A stretch of 64,000 nt of DNA, taken from the NCBI GenBank assembly GCA_048940445.1, contig JBHLON010000004.1, positions 32,001-96,000 of the forward strand, in the 5' to 3' direction. A model generated the notes under the pieces. That model had not been told where the DNA came from, did no database searches, and was given only the letters and a program-made list of their open reading frames with translations. Numbering within the stretch: position 1 is the stretch's first letter; each line of letters starts with the position of its first letter. Origin of the DNA: Promethearchaeota archaeon. GTDB taxonomy: Archaea; Asgardarchaeota; Lokiarchaeia; Sigyniarchaeales; SOKP01. Position numbers and translations under genes: made by a program. Positions 31,197 through 41,135 of the stretch are shown piece after piece.

Positions 31197-31337
31197 ATGG
31201 TAATAAAAGTAAGAATAAGGATGTGGATTAAAGAGATACAAAATATAGTCCATAGTCCGCGTGTTTATTCGATTACAGCCATGATCACCAATTTATTAGG
31301 GTTTATAATCTCCATTCCTATTAAATTACGCTTTTAA
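31197..31337 (+). CDS. possible 46-aa small ORF upstream of the MFS gene
   Basis: MVIKVRIRMWIKEIQNIVHSPRVYSITAMITNLLGFIISIPIKLRF; AT-rich TATA-like sequence about 25 nt upstream. Confidence 0.3.
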   Translation: MVIKVRIRMWIKEIQNIVHSPRVYSITAMITNLLGFIISIPIKLRF

Positions 31338-31514
31338 TATAATCAACAATCTTAGACTCTTACTCTTTTGATTTTTATCTTTCTCACTAACAAGTTTTCT
31401 TAGAATTCTCTACTAATTCTTTTTTTCGCAAATTCTCCTAGATTATGCCATTAAAATTTCAAAATCAATGAAATTTTTGATATTTTAAAGTCCAAATTAT
31501 AGTTATAAATAGTA

Positions 31515-32780
31515 TTGGTGGAAAAAATGTCAGTATTAAAAAGGCTGTTAAAAAAACAGCTCCAGTGGCCTCAAAAAGAGGAATTCAGGTTAAATCAATC
31601 TAATTTAGGTCAATGGAAGTTGAATATATGGAAGTCTTATTCATTTCATTTTTTTATGGGGTTTCACTTCATTTCAGGAGTACTATTGCCTTTTTTCATG
31701 ACTTGGGGAAAATTAACTTTCATAGAAGTTATGTTCCTTGAAAGTTATTTTACAATGATGATTTTGGTTTTTGAGATACCCTGTGGTGCTATAGCAGATT
31801 ATTTGAGTAGAAAACTTTCTTTGACAATGGGAGCAATTTTTTCAGCCTTGGCAGCATTAATTTATGGATGTTATCCACACATAGTTATTTTTGGCGTTGG
31901 TGAAACTTTATGGGCTTTAGGAGCTGCTTTAATGTCAGGTTCTGATCAAGCTTTTATCTATGATACTCTAAAAAAATTAGGGCAGGAAAATAAAATATCA
32001 AATGTAATGGCTAGAAATAAAAGTTCTATGCTATTAGGTATTACAATTTCAGCACCTATAGGTTCAATTATAGCTTCTTCATTATCAATTAATTTAGTGA
32101 TGACATTTATGGCTATACCATTCTTTATGGCAACATTAATATCAATGACTATGAAAGAACCGTTTTACGAAAATATTAAGAAGAAATCTAAGAGTTATTT
32201 GAGTATAGTAAAAGATGGATTACTAGAACTTAAGAATAACAAAATTCTAAGATTATTAGCTCTAGAAATGGTTATAACCGAATCTATGGTATTCTTCTTA
32301 ATATGGACCTATCAAATATATCTTAAAGCTTTAGACGTTCAAATTCTATACTATGGGTTTATAAGCGCTTCTATGACAATAATACAAGTAATTTTCACTA
32401 ATCTAATTCCTACTCTTGAAAATAAAATCAATAATAAACGGAGACTTTTGCGATTATTCACAATTATACCCGGAATTGGGTTTATAAGTATAGCATTAAT
32501 TTCCTTTGCTCCAGTTAGCATCTTATTAATTCTTTTGATAGTAGGATTTGGGTTTTCACGTAGTATTATTTTTATAAAAGGTATAAATAAACAAATTGAA
32601 ACAGAAAACAGAGCAACAGTTATAAGTGCTATTAGTATGATTGCAAGCCTTCTAAGAACTATTTTATATCCTCTTATAGGATATATTATAACTTGGAATT
32701 TAAGTTTTGGCTTGATTCTTCTTGGAAGCGTAATAATATTAGCTGCTATACTTTCACGAATTAAGAGTGAAGATTTATAG
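31515..32780 (+). CDS. MFS transporter
   Basis: FEIPCGAIADYLSRK, SGSDQAFIYD, ENRATVIS; about 12 TM helices. Confidence 0.9.
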   Translation: MVEKMSVLKRLLKKQLQWPQKEEFRLNQSNLGQWKLNIWKSYSFHFFMGFHFISGVLLPFFMTWGKLTFIEVMFLESYFTMMILVFEIPCGAIADYLSRKLSLTMGAIFSALAALIYGCYPHIVIFGVGETLWALGAALMSGSDQAFIYDTLKKLGQENKISNVMARNKSSMLLGITISAPIGSIIASSLSINLVMTFMAIPFFMATLISMTMKEPFYENIKKKSKSYLSIVKDGLLELKNNKILRLLALEMVITESMVFFLIWTYQIYLKALDVQILYYGFISASMTIIQVIFTNLIPTLENKINNKRRLLRLFTIIPGIGFISIALISFAPVSILLILLIVGFGFSRSIIFIKGINKQIETENRATVISAISMIASLLRTILYPLIGYIITWNLSFGLILLGSVIILAAILSRIKSEDL

Positions 32781-32796
32781 TATAAAAAATTTTTTT

Positions 32797-34641
32797 TTAC
32801 TTATTTAATTCATCTAATATTACTTTAGCTAACTTCTTTCCCACAATCTTTGATAGTTCTTCAAAGGTTGCTTTTCTGATATCTTCAACTGATCCAAAAA
32901 ATTTTAATAATTTATTTCTAGTTGAAGGTCCAACCCCTTTAATATCGTCTAAAATTGATCTCTTTATACTCTTTTTTCTTTGCTTTTTATGTAATCTTAT
33001 AGCAAAACGATGAGCCTCATCTCGTACTTGTTGAAATAGTTTTAAAGCTAATGACTCGCTAGGAAGAAGAATTGGGTTCCTTTTATTAGGAATGTAAACT
33101 TCTTCTAGCCTTTTTGCTAATCCTAAGATTGGAATTTCTTCAATTCCTAATTCTTTTAAAACTATTTGGCCTGCGTTTAATTGCCCCTTTCCACCATCAA
33201 CAAGAATTAAATCCGGTAATTCTAAATTTCGCTCTAATAGCATATTATACCTTCGTTTCATAACTTCCTTCATCATTGCTACATCATCAGGTGTGGATTT
33301 ACTCTTAATATTGTAATGACGGTAAAACCTTTTATAAGGTCTTCCATTCAAAAAGTAAACCATGGATCCTGTTGCATTAGTTCCTTGTATATTTGAAATA
33401 TCAAACCCTTCGATAATTCTAGGGGCTTCAGATAAACCCAAAACTTCTTTGACTTCACTAAGAGCTGAATCTATTAAATTTTGATCTTTATTTTTTATCT
33501 CTTCCATTTGAATTTCTTGTTGAACTAACACTTTAGCATTTTTTTCTGCTATTCTCATTAACCCATATTCTTGTTCAAAAGGGAGTCTAATCTGAATGTT
33601 TTTCTTGTAATCTCTAAGTAGTGCTATGAATATTTCAATAGCTTTGTATTGTTCTGGTATCACAATAATGTCTGGTAAATTTTTTATGGTATCTTGGTAA
33701 AACTGCTCCATTATTAAAGGGAATATATCTTCCTTTTCAAAAATCTTATCTTTTAAGTTAAAATTGAAAGAACTTTTATTTGTTATCTTTCCATCACGTA
33801 TGTGAATTATAATCATAGCAAAATAATTTTGATTTTCATCATTATGATACCCAATAATATCTTTATTTTCCTTATTATTAAGGAGAACGCTCTGATCAGT
33901 TGTGGAGTTTTCTATTGCTTGTAATTTATCTCTCCAAAAAGCTGCATTTTCAAAGTTTAACTTTTGAGAAGCTTTATTCATTTTACTTTTAATTTGCCTT
34001 TGGAGATCATCAGTTTCTCCTTTAAGGAATAATTCAATATTTTTTATATTCTCTAAATATAGTTCCTTGGTAATAGCGTTTATACATGGGCCTGGACATA
34101 ATTTAATTTGGTAGTATAAACACGGTCGTTCTCTTATTTTTACTTTTTTTTTGCAAGAACAATAAGGAAATAATTTTCTTAAATCGCGTAAAATCCTAAT
34201 TATTTCTTTTTTGTCAGTATAAGGCCCTAAAAATAGATTTTTTTGGGAATATTTTTCGGGACCTCTTATTACTCTAATTCTAGGGTATTCCTCAGAATAA
34301 AAAATCGCTACCCAGGGATAAGATTTTGAATCCCGCATGATGACATTATATCTGGGTTGAAATTTCTTGATCTGAATATTTTCAAGAATATATGCCTCCT
34401 TTTCATTCTCAGTTACAATATATTCAATTGAATTTACTTTTTGGATTAAATCTTTGATCTTTTCTTGGTAATAGGGGTCATTGTAAGTTGATTTTGAAAA
34501 ATATTGATTAACTCTTTTTCGAAGATTAGCAGCTTTACCAATATAGAGAGGTGTTTTATCTTTATTAGTGAATATGTAAATTCCCGGTTCATTAGGTAAA
34601 CTTTTTCTTTGAAGTTCTAAATCTTTCATGAAATTAGTCAT
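32797..34641 (-). CDS. uvrC: excinuclease ABC subunit C
   Basis: PGIY..YIGKA GIY-YIG domain, CLYYQIKLCPGPC, UVR domain, IEGFDISN, DGGKGQ, RDEAHRFA, HhH. Confidence 0.96.
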   Translation of the reverse strand: MTNFMKDLELQRKSLPNEPGIYIFTNKDKTPLYIGKAANLRKRVNQYFSKSTYNDPYYQEKIKDLIQKVNSIEYIVTENEKEAYILENIQIKKFQPRYNVIMRDSKSYPWVAIFYSEEYPRIRVIRGPEKYSQKNLFLGPYTDKKEIIRILRDLRKLFPYCSCKKKVKIRERPCLYYQIKLCPGPCINAITKELYLENIKNIELFLKGETDDLQRQIKSKMNKASQKLNFENAAFWRDKLQAIENSTTDQSVLLNNKENKDIIGYHNDENQNYFAMIIIHIRDGKITNKSSFNFNLKDKIFEKEDIFPLIMEQFYQDTIKNLPDIIVIPEQYKAIEIFIALLRDYKKNIQIRLPFEQEYGLMRIAEKNAKVLVQQEIQMEEIKNKDQNLIDSALSEVKEVLGLSEAPRIIEGFDISNIQGTNATGSMVYFLNGRPYKRFYRHYNIKSKSTPDDVAMMKEVMKRRYNMLLERNLELPDLILVDGGKGQLNAGQIVLKELGIEEIPILGLAKRLEEVYIPNKRNPILLPSESLALKLFQQVRDEAHRFAIRLHKKQRKKSIKRSILDDIKGVGPSTRNKLLKFFGSVEDIRKATFEELSKIVGKKLAKVILDELNK

Positions 34642-34813
34642 ATATTTTTCTGTTACTTTCTGAATTCACGATAATTCACTTAACCTAAAAAGTTACTGAT
34701 TCAGTATAAATAGTTATAGGGACTAAAAGTTATTTACTATTATGAATTATAGCTAACTATAAATTATACCAATTAAAATATTTTTATCAGATGAAAAAGA
34801 CAAGTTTATAAAA

Positions 34814-34999
34814 ATGGTAAAAATTAGATTATGCCCAAAATGTAAAAAACCGAAACTTAAGAATGCTACTAACGTTTCAGGTTGGTTAGCACCTGATATG
34901 TACGAATGTACTAATTGTAAATATATTGGATATTTCTATTTGGAAGTTGATTCGGATGATTATGAATCTGAAGATGAAGAAGAAAAAAAATCAATCTAA
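34814..34999 (+). CDS. small zinc-ribbon protein
   Basis: CPKC..SGWL..YECTNCKYIG, acidic tail. Confidence 0.7.
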   Translation: MVKIRLCPKCKKPKLKNATNVSGWLAPDMYECTNCKYIGYFYLEVDSDDYESEDEEEKKSI

Positions 35000-35064
35000 T
35001 TTTTTATCTTATATTATTATAAAACGTTTGTTTTATCTTCATTTGAAAAATCAAGGTCATAGAA

Positions 35065-36006
35065 ATGAAAGAATTATTAAAAGATGCCGCAAAAATTAAA
35101 TCCTTAGAAATACAAGGGGCATTGAATGTTGCAGTGAGTGCTATTAGCTTCCTGCATAATTATGCTTATAGAATTGGGAGAGATCTTAGCATAGATGAGC
35201 TAGTTGATAAGCTTCAAGAGGCTAAAGATATTTTATTAGAAACCAGAGCTACAGAACCAGCTATGAGCAATGGTCTTAATTATCTTATGAATAAAATAGA
35301 AAAGGAGAAAAAATCACTTTCAATGAATAAATTATTAGAATTAATCTCTCATTGCAAAGATGAATATAAAATGATGCTCCAAACAGCAAAAATGAAAATA
35401 GCAGAAATTGGCGCAAGAAGATTTCCAGATATAGAAACTGATGAAAACTTTATTGTTATGACACATTGTCATTCGTCTGTTGTAACCGCCATTCTTATAG
35501 AAGCAAAGAGACAAGGAAAGGAATTTAAAGTTATAAATACTGAAACTCAACCAAGGTTGCAAGGAAGAAAAACAGCTAAAGAACTTTTGGATGCTGGAAT
35601 TGATGTTATTCACGTTGTGGATAGTGCAATGCGATGGGCAGTCAATCATTTTGAGGTTGATCTAATTTTAATTGGAGCAGATAGTATTACTAGTGAAGGT
35701 ACAGTATTAAACAAAATTGGTTCACGATTATTAGCTCTTGTAGCCCACGAAGAACATGTCCCTTTTTATGTCGCATCACCCCTATTAAAGTATAACCCAC
35801 AAACATCGTTTGGCATATTGGAGAAAATAGAGATGCGTGATCCAGAGGAAATTTGGGAAAATGCTCCTAAAGGCCTTACTATAATAAATCCAGCATTTGA
35901 AACTGTAAGTAGGAGATACATTGACGGTTTACTAACAGAGGCTGGTTTATTTGCTTCAAGTCATGTTCATTATTATTTTACTCAATTATATCCAGAATTA
36001 ATATGA
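35065..36006 (+). CDS. ribose-1,5-bisphosphate isomerase (eIF2B-related)
   Basis: IQGA, MTHCHSS, TETQP, GADSI..NKIGS, NPAFE; directly upstream of RuBisCO. Confidence 0.88.
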   Translation: MKELLKDAAKIKSLEIQGALNVAVSAISFLHNYAYRIGRDLSIDELVDKLQEAKDILLETRATEPAMSNGLNYLMNKIEKEKKSLSMNKLLELISHCKDEYKMMLQTAKMKIAEIGARRFPDIETDENFIVMTHCHSSVVTAILIEAKRQGKEFKVINTETQPRLQGRKTAKELLDAGIDVIHVVDSAMRWAVNHFEVDLILIGADSITSEGTVLNKIGSRLLALVAHEEHVPFYVASPLLKYNPQTSFGILEKIEMRDPEEIWENAPKGLTIINPAFETVSRRYIDGLLTEAGLFASSHVHYYFTQLYPELI

Positions 36007-36016
36007 AGTGAATTAA

Positions 36017-37291
36017 ATGAAATATGAGGATTTTTTGGATCTAGAATATATTCCTAATGATGATGATCTTATATGTCTATTTAAAATTAAGCCCGCAATA
36101 GGATTCAAACTAGAAAAAGCGGCTATTAGGGTCGCTGCAGAAAGTAGTAACGGAACATGGACCACTCTAAAGATTCCAGATCATATCACTCAATTAAGCG
36201 CTAAAGTTTATCATATAAACGGAGATTATGTTAAAATTGCGTATCCAAATGATTTATTTGAAGAGGGAAATATGCCTCAAATCTTAAGTTCTATAGCAGG
36301 GAATGTATTTGGGATGAAGGCATTAGAAGGACTAAGACTTGTTGATGTAAAATGGCCACTAAACATCTTAAAATCCTTTAAAGGGCCTCAATTTGGTATT
36401 AATGGAATAAGAAAAATTTTAGATATTGATAAACGTCCTATAACGGCAACGGTTCCAAAACCTAAAGTTGGCTATTATGCTGAAGAACACGCTCAACAGG
36501 GGTATGACATTTGGCTAGGTGGCGTAGATCTTCTTAAGGATGATGAAAATTTATCTAATCAGAAGTTTAATAAATTTAAAGAAAGACTTGAATTATGCAT
36601 GAAAATGAGAGATAAGGCTGAAAATGAAACCGGAGAACGTAAAAGTTATTTAATAAATATAACTGCTGAAGTAGAAGAAATGAAGAAACGTGCTCAATTA
36701 ACAAAGGATTATGGGAATGAATATGTAATGGTGGATATTTTTACTACGGGATGGGCATCTATACAAACAATTAGGAATGTTTGCGATGAGTTAGAATTAG
36801 CAATACATGCTCATCGAGCCTTTCATGCCGCATTTGATCGTAATCCGGATCATGGTATCTCTATGAAAGTTCTTGCTGAAATTGCTAGAATGCAAGGTGT
36901 TGATCAACTCCATATTGGAGGACTGGGAAAGTTGGCAGGAGGAAGAACAGAGGTCAAAGATAACTATATAAAATGCTATTCCGAATTTAATAAAGATGGA
37001 TTTGAAATGCTTGAACAAAATTGGTATGGGATAAAACCCGTGTTTGGAGTTTGCTCTGGAGGTTTACATCCTGGGATAATGCATAGATTGATGGAACTTT
37101 TGTCAACTGATATCGTTGTACAAGCAGGAGGAGGTGTCTTAGGTCATCCAGGAGGTACTGAAAATGGTGCAAAGGCATTAAGACAATCTATTGATGCATA
37201 TATGAAAGGATTCACCCTAGATGATTATGCTAAAAGTCATCCAGAGTTAGCAGAAGCACTAAAACTTTGGAGTAATAAAACCCCTATTTAA
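36017..37291 (+). CDS. rbcL: form III ribulose-bisphosphate carboxylase
   Basis: AAESSNGTW, GNVFGMK, KPKVG, KDDE, HAHRA, GKLAG, SGGLHPG, AGGGVLGHP. Confidence 0.94.
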   Translation: MKYEDFLDLEYIPNDDDLICLFKIKPAIGFKLEKAAIRVAAESSNGTWTTLKIPDHITQLSAKVYHINGDYVKIAYPNDLFEEGNMPQILSSIAGNVFGMKALEGLRLVDVKWPLNILKSFKGPQFGINGIRKILDIDKRPITATVPKPKVGYYAEEHAQQGYDIWLGGVDLLKDDENLSNQKFNKFKERLELCMKMRDKAENETGERKSYLINITAEVEEMKKRAQLTKDYGNEYVMVDIFTTGWASIQTIRNVCDELELAIHAHRAFHAAFDRNPDHGISMKVLAEIARMQGVDQLHIGGLGKLAGGRTEVKDNYIKCYSEFNKDGFEMLEQNWYGIKPVFGVCSGGLHPGIMHRLMELLSTDIVVQAGGGVLGHPGGTENGAKALRQSIDAYMKGFTLDDYAKSHPELAEALKLWSNKTPI

Positions 37292-37394
37292 TTAGAATTA
37301 TAACCCTTTATCCATGAGTGAATTTTTAATCCTAGTTTATTAAAAAGAAAAAAATTTTATATTTTCATATATTCTTCTATTAAGTGATTAAACC

Positions 37395-37718
37395 ATGAGT
37401 AAAACTGAAACTAAACAAATAATTATAGATGTAAAAGAGTTAATTTTAGCTCCAAAAGTTGGTAAAGAACAAAATGCAGAAGATTTACTACGATTTATGG
37501 TCGAACAATTACCCCAAATTGAAATTAATCGTAATGGAAATAATCTTGAAGTTAAAATGCCTAAACAGATGTCCAAAAGGGTTGTAAGATTAAGAATCAA
37601 GAAATTCCTACATCAAAAAAATCTTTTTAATGAATTTAGACCTATTTTATATAAGAGCCATGAATTAGAAGGATATATCATAAAAAAGAGAAAAATGTTG
37701 GAATTATCCTATTATTAA
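37395..37718 (+). CDS. rpl22e: ribosomal protein eL22 (L22e)-like
   Basis: IIIDV..LEV..MSKRVVRLRIKKFLHQKNL..FRP..ELSYY resembles eL22 [31 protein letters not shown]. Confidence 0.72.
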   Translation: MSKTETKQIIIDVKELILAPKVGKEQNAEDLLRFMVEQLPQIEINRNGNNLEVKMPKQMSKRVVRLRIKKFLHQKNLFNEFRPILYKSHELEGYIIKKRKMLELSYY

Positions 37719-37759
37719 TTGAAGATAATTTTTATTAAATTGAAATTTCTATTTTAAAT

Positions 37760-38722
37760 GTGAATTTAGAAGAAATTAAAATTAGATCTATTAATGATAT
37801 AACTACTTGTATAAATTTAGCAAGTTCCTTAGAAATAGGAGGATGGCCAAAACCTGGAAATGTTCATAGGACAAAAAATTTCAATAAGACTCGATATGAA
37901 CATTTTCTTTCTGGAATTGCCGCTATACAACCAATTTTTCGACGATTCTGTATTAGAATAGTTAATAAAACTAATGACAACGTTCAAAATTATTCTTTTG
38001 TGGAATTAGGCAAATTTTTTAAAGTTGCAGTTAAAGCAATGATGAAATGGCAATCTGGTGGCAATATCTTACTTGGTCATATTCTCATTTTAGCACCTCT
38101 CAGTGCAGCAGTTTGTATTTGTAAAAAACTTAATAAATTTTCATTAAAAGATTTTAAAACTATCCTTCAAAACATTATAAGAGATTCAACAGTTAAAGAT
38201 ACTGTAAATCTTTATCAAGCTATAAAATTATGTCGCCCTGGAGGATTAGGTAAAATTGCAAAATATGATCTTACTGAAAATAATTCTATTAGCGAAATTC
38301 AAAAAGATAATATAACTTTAAAAGAAATTTTTCAATTATCAAGAGATTATGACTTAATCAGTTCTGAGTATACAACAGGATTTCAAATAATTTTAAATGA
38401 GGGGCTCCCGTATTTCATGGAGCATTTTAATAAACATAATGATATAAATGTTGCTATAGTAAACACTTATTTAAATTTTCTTAGTAATCATCCGGACACG
38501 TTAATAATTAGAAAATCTGGCAGAGGTGCGGCATACTTTGTCTCTCAGGCAGCCTCTAAAGTAGTTCATCAGGGGGGAATTTCCACAAAGAAAGGATTGC
38601 GCTTAGCTATAAAACTTGATAATAAACTTCATAAAGCTAAAGGAAAATTGAATCCTGGTACAACTGCAGATCTTATTGCGGGTGTGATATTCTCTGCTTT
38701 GATATTTGGTTTAAAGTTTTAG
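37760..38722 (+). CDS. triphosphoribosyl-dephospho-CoA synthase (CitG family)
   Basis: PKPGNVHR, NILLGH..LAPL, PDTLIIRK, NPGTTADL. Confidence 0.88.
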   Translation: MNLEEIKIRSINDITTCINLASSLEIGGWPKPGNVHRTKNFNKTRYEHFLSGIAAIQPIFRRFCIRIVNKTNDNVQNYSFVELGKFFKVAVKAMMKWQSGGNILLGHILILAPLSAAVCICKKLNKFSLKDFKTILQNIIRDSTVKDTVNLYQAIKLCRPGGLGKIAKYDLTENNSISEIQKDNITLKEIFQLSRDYDLISSEYTTGFQIILNEGLPYFMEHFNKHNDINVAIVNTYLNFLSNHPDTLIIRKSGRGAAYFVSQAASKVVHQGGISTKKGLRLAIKLDNKLHKAKGKLNPGTTADLIAGVIFSALIFGLKF

Positions 38723-38806
38723 AAAAAGGAAAAATTTTTGATTAAAGGATAATAAATTAAAACTGAGACAATAATTATTTTAACAATTATTTAGCTGGTA
38801 GCTTTT

Positions 38807-39157
38807 ATGGAATTTTGTGATGAGTGCGGTAGCATAATGCTACCTTCGGTAGTTGATGGAATAAAAGTTTTTAAATGTAAGTGTGGCGCAATAAAACCAT
38901 TTTCAGAGGAAAAATCTGAATCCTATAAGGTTAACACTAAAATCACACATCCTATTCGAGAAGAAGTTACAAACCTAGCAGAAGTAATGGATTGGAAGGA
39001 AAAAAATCTTAGAAGTTCTATAAAGAATTTCAAATGCTCACGTTGTGGTTATACAAAAGCACATCTAGAAACAAGGCAAACACGGAGAGCAGATGAGGGT
39101 ATGACTCATTTTATCACTTGTCTTAAGTGTGGCAAAATGAAAAAAATTGGTAGTTAA
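38807..39157 (+). CDS. tfs: transcription factor S (TFS/RpoM)
   Basis: FCDECG..CKCG and CSRCG..QTRRADEGMTHFITCLKCG. Confidence 0.9.
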   Translation: MEFCDECGSIMLPSVVDGIKVFKCKCGAIKPFSEEKSESYKVNTKITHPIREEVTNLAEVMDWKEKNLRSSIKNFKCSRCGYTKAHLETRQTRRADEGMTHFITCLKCGKMKKIGS

Positions 39158-39160
39158 GCT

Positions 39161-39463
39161 TTAATTTAATAATTTGTCCAAAATCTCTTTTTCTTCTACT
39201 TCTTTATTAAAGTTAACTTGAATCACTTTATTGATACTCCTTAGACCAGACTTGAATTGAATTTGTTCAGCATTTATTTTAAGGTGCCTTTTTAGTAATT
39301 GAATTAACTCTTTATTTGCTTTATTTTGAATAGGTTTGGATTTTAAACTAATTCTAATAAAGTCAAAATCGTTATCTATTTTAATTTCTTGAGCCTTTGA
39401 ATTAGGTTTTACCTTAATTCTTAGGATAAAAATGTTATTTAATTTTTTCTCAATTATTTTCAT
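39161..39463 (-). CDS. DUF167/YggU (UPF0235) family protein
   Basis: IKVKPNS..PIQNKANKELIQLL..SGLRSINK. Confidence 0.85.
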   Translation of the reverse strand: MKIIEKKLNNIFILRIKVKPNSKAQEIKIDNDFDFIRISLKSKPIQNKANKELIQLLKRHLKINAEQIQFKSGLRSINKVIQVNFNKEVEEKEILDKLLN

Positions 39464-39478
39464 ATCGAAAAGTCTATT

Positions 39479-40870
39479 TTATTCAAGAAAATGGTCAATA
39501 TCATGTTTTAATCTGTTAAATGAAGGTATGGATAGACGAATACCCCCTGCTAGTTTATGACCCCCTCCATTCCCCCCTAATTCATCTTTTATTTTTTTTA
39601 TCACTTTATTTACACCAGATTGTTGATTAAGTTCTAGAAAATTTCTTGAACATCTTATACTGAGTTTAATCATTTGAGTCTTTTTTTCCAAACCTCCTAA
39701 AAATAGTATTTTTTTAGGGTTAATTAATTCATTAACCATAGTAAAGCTAGCAGTATCTGACCAATTACTAGGGGGGATAAGCCCATTACCTGCATTAATA
39801 AATACAGCTCTTTCTGTTTCATATCTACTAATTTCATTAGAAACCAATTTTAAATCTCTAGTTATATTATGGATATAATCATTATAGAGTGTTTTGGCAT
39901 AGCGAGTAATAGAATTTTGTTGGATTATTGATAAAGCAGCACTTATGTTCTTAAAGGATAAAATATTTAATAATAGAGCATGTTCAAATACAAACTGTAA
40001 CAAACCCTCTTTTTGAGGTAATATTGCATAACTTCCTTGGTACAAGTTAGTAGCTTGCTGGATTCTTTCCATTTCTGATAAATTTATTTCATTAACTTTC
40101 TTATTTGGATTTATTTGCAATTTGCTTAAGAAAGAATTAATAGTTGAGTCACTCTCACCCCCTAGATTTTTTACAAAAGGTAGAATGCTATTTTTTAATC
40201 CATTTTTGATAGAATTATGCATTCCTCCAAAAAGGATAAGTCCTTTTTTATCTTCTATTAATTCTTCATCAACTAATTCTTGATATATTTCTTTATTAAA
40301 CGATTTTAATCTATCCATTGATTTCAAGGAATCTCCTGCTATTCCAATAACCGTTAACCAAGCTTGCCTTGTAATAGCAGGGATTATTAGCTTCGAAAAC
40401 ATATAAGTTAAAGTTGCACCCGCAATATGGTCAAGACCGTCATATCCATAAAGAGTTGGATTTACAAAAATTAAATTTTCAGGAAAATCATTAAAGTTTG
40501 TATCATTTTCAACTTCATGGTGATCTAATATAAAAAAATGCTCTTTTCGTTTTACTATAATAGGAATTAATTCCGTCAAAGTGGAGCCAATGTCAGTAAA
40601 AATTAAAGCAGTCTTCTCATTTTGTCTTTTAGGCAAAATTCCTTCCAAATAAGTTGCCCATGAAGAAGATCGATTATATATGAAATAATCATAATTTAAA
40701 CCTAATCTGTGAAGCAGATTTTGGATAATTAGTAGACAACTAATTCCATCAGCATCGTTATGAGAAATGGCAATTATATTGTTATAAAGATTCTTAGAAT
40801 TATCATTGAATACGTTAGCAGCATTCTCAAGAGTATCTAAAAATTTTATTCGATCCAGTTTCTGTTTCAT
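39479..40870 (-). CDS. DHH family phosphoesterase (RecJ-like) with DHHA1 domain
   Basis: HNDADG, TDIGS, LDHH, GGGHKLAGG. Confidence 0.88.
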   Translation of the reverse strand: MKQKLDRIKFLDTLENAANVFNDNSKNLYNNIIAISHNDADGISCLLIIQNLLHRLGLNYDYFIYNRSSSWATYLEGILPKRQNEKTALIFTDIGSTLTELIPIIVKRKEHFFILDHHEVENDTNFNDFPENLIFVNPTLYGYDGLDHIAGATLTYMFSKLIIPAITRQAWLTVIGIAGDSLKSMDRLKSFNKEIYQELVDEELIEDKKGLILFGGMHNSIKNGLKNSILPFVKNLGGESDSTINSFLSKLQINPNKKVNEINLSEMERIQQATNLYQGSYAILPQKEGLLQFVFEHALLLNILSFKNISAALSIIQQNSITRYAKTLYNDYIHNITRDLKLVSNEISRYETERAVFINAGNGLIPPSNWSDTASFTMVNELINPKKILFLGGLEKKTQMIKLSIRCSRNFLELNQQSGVNKVIKKIKDELGGNGGGHKLAGGIRLSIPSFNRLKHDIDHFLE

Positions 40871-41135
40871 TTATATCATATTTCAATTGTAGAGTAATTT
40901 AATTAACCAAAATTCTATACAAAATCACAAATAAAAATATCTTTCTAATATCATTTAATAGATATTTAATATTTTCTTTTAAAGAGATTTTAAATAAAAT
41001 TAAAATAAATTCAATAAATATAAATATTCCTATAATATCAGAACAGAAGAAGCAATTGAACTAAAATTTAAAAGTTAAGGAAAAATTATTTAATTTTAAA
41101 TAATTTTCACTCTAAAATAATCCTTATATTTAAGA

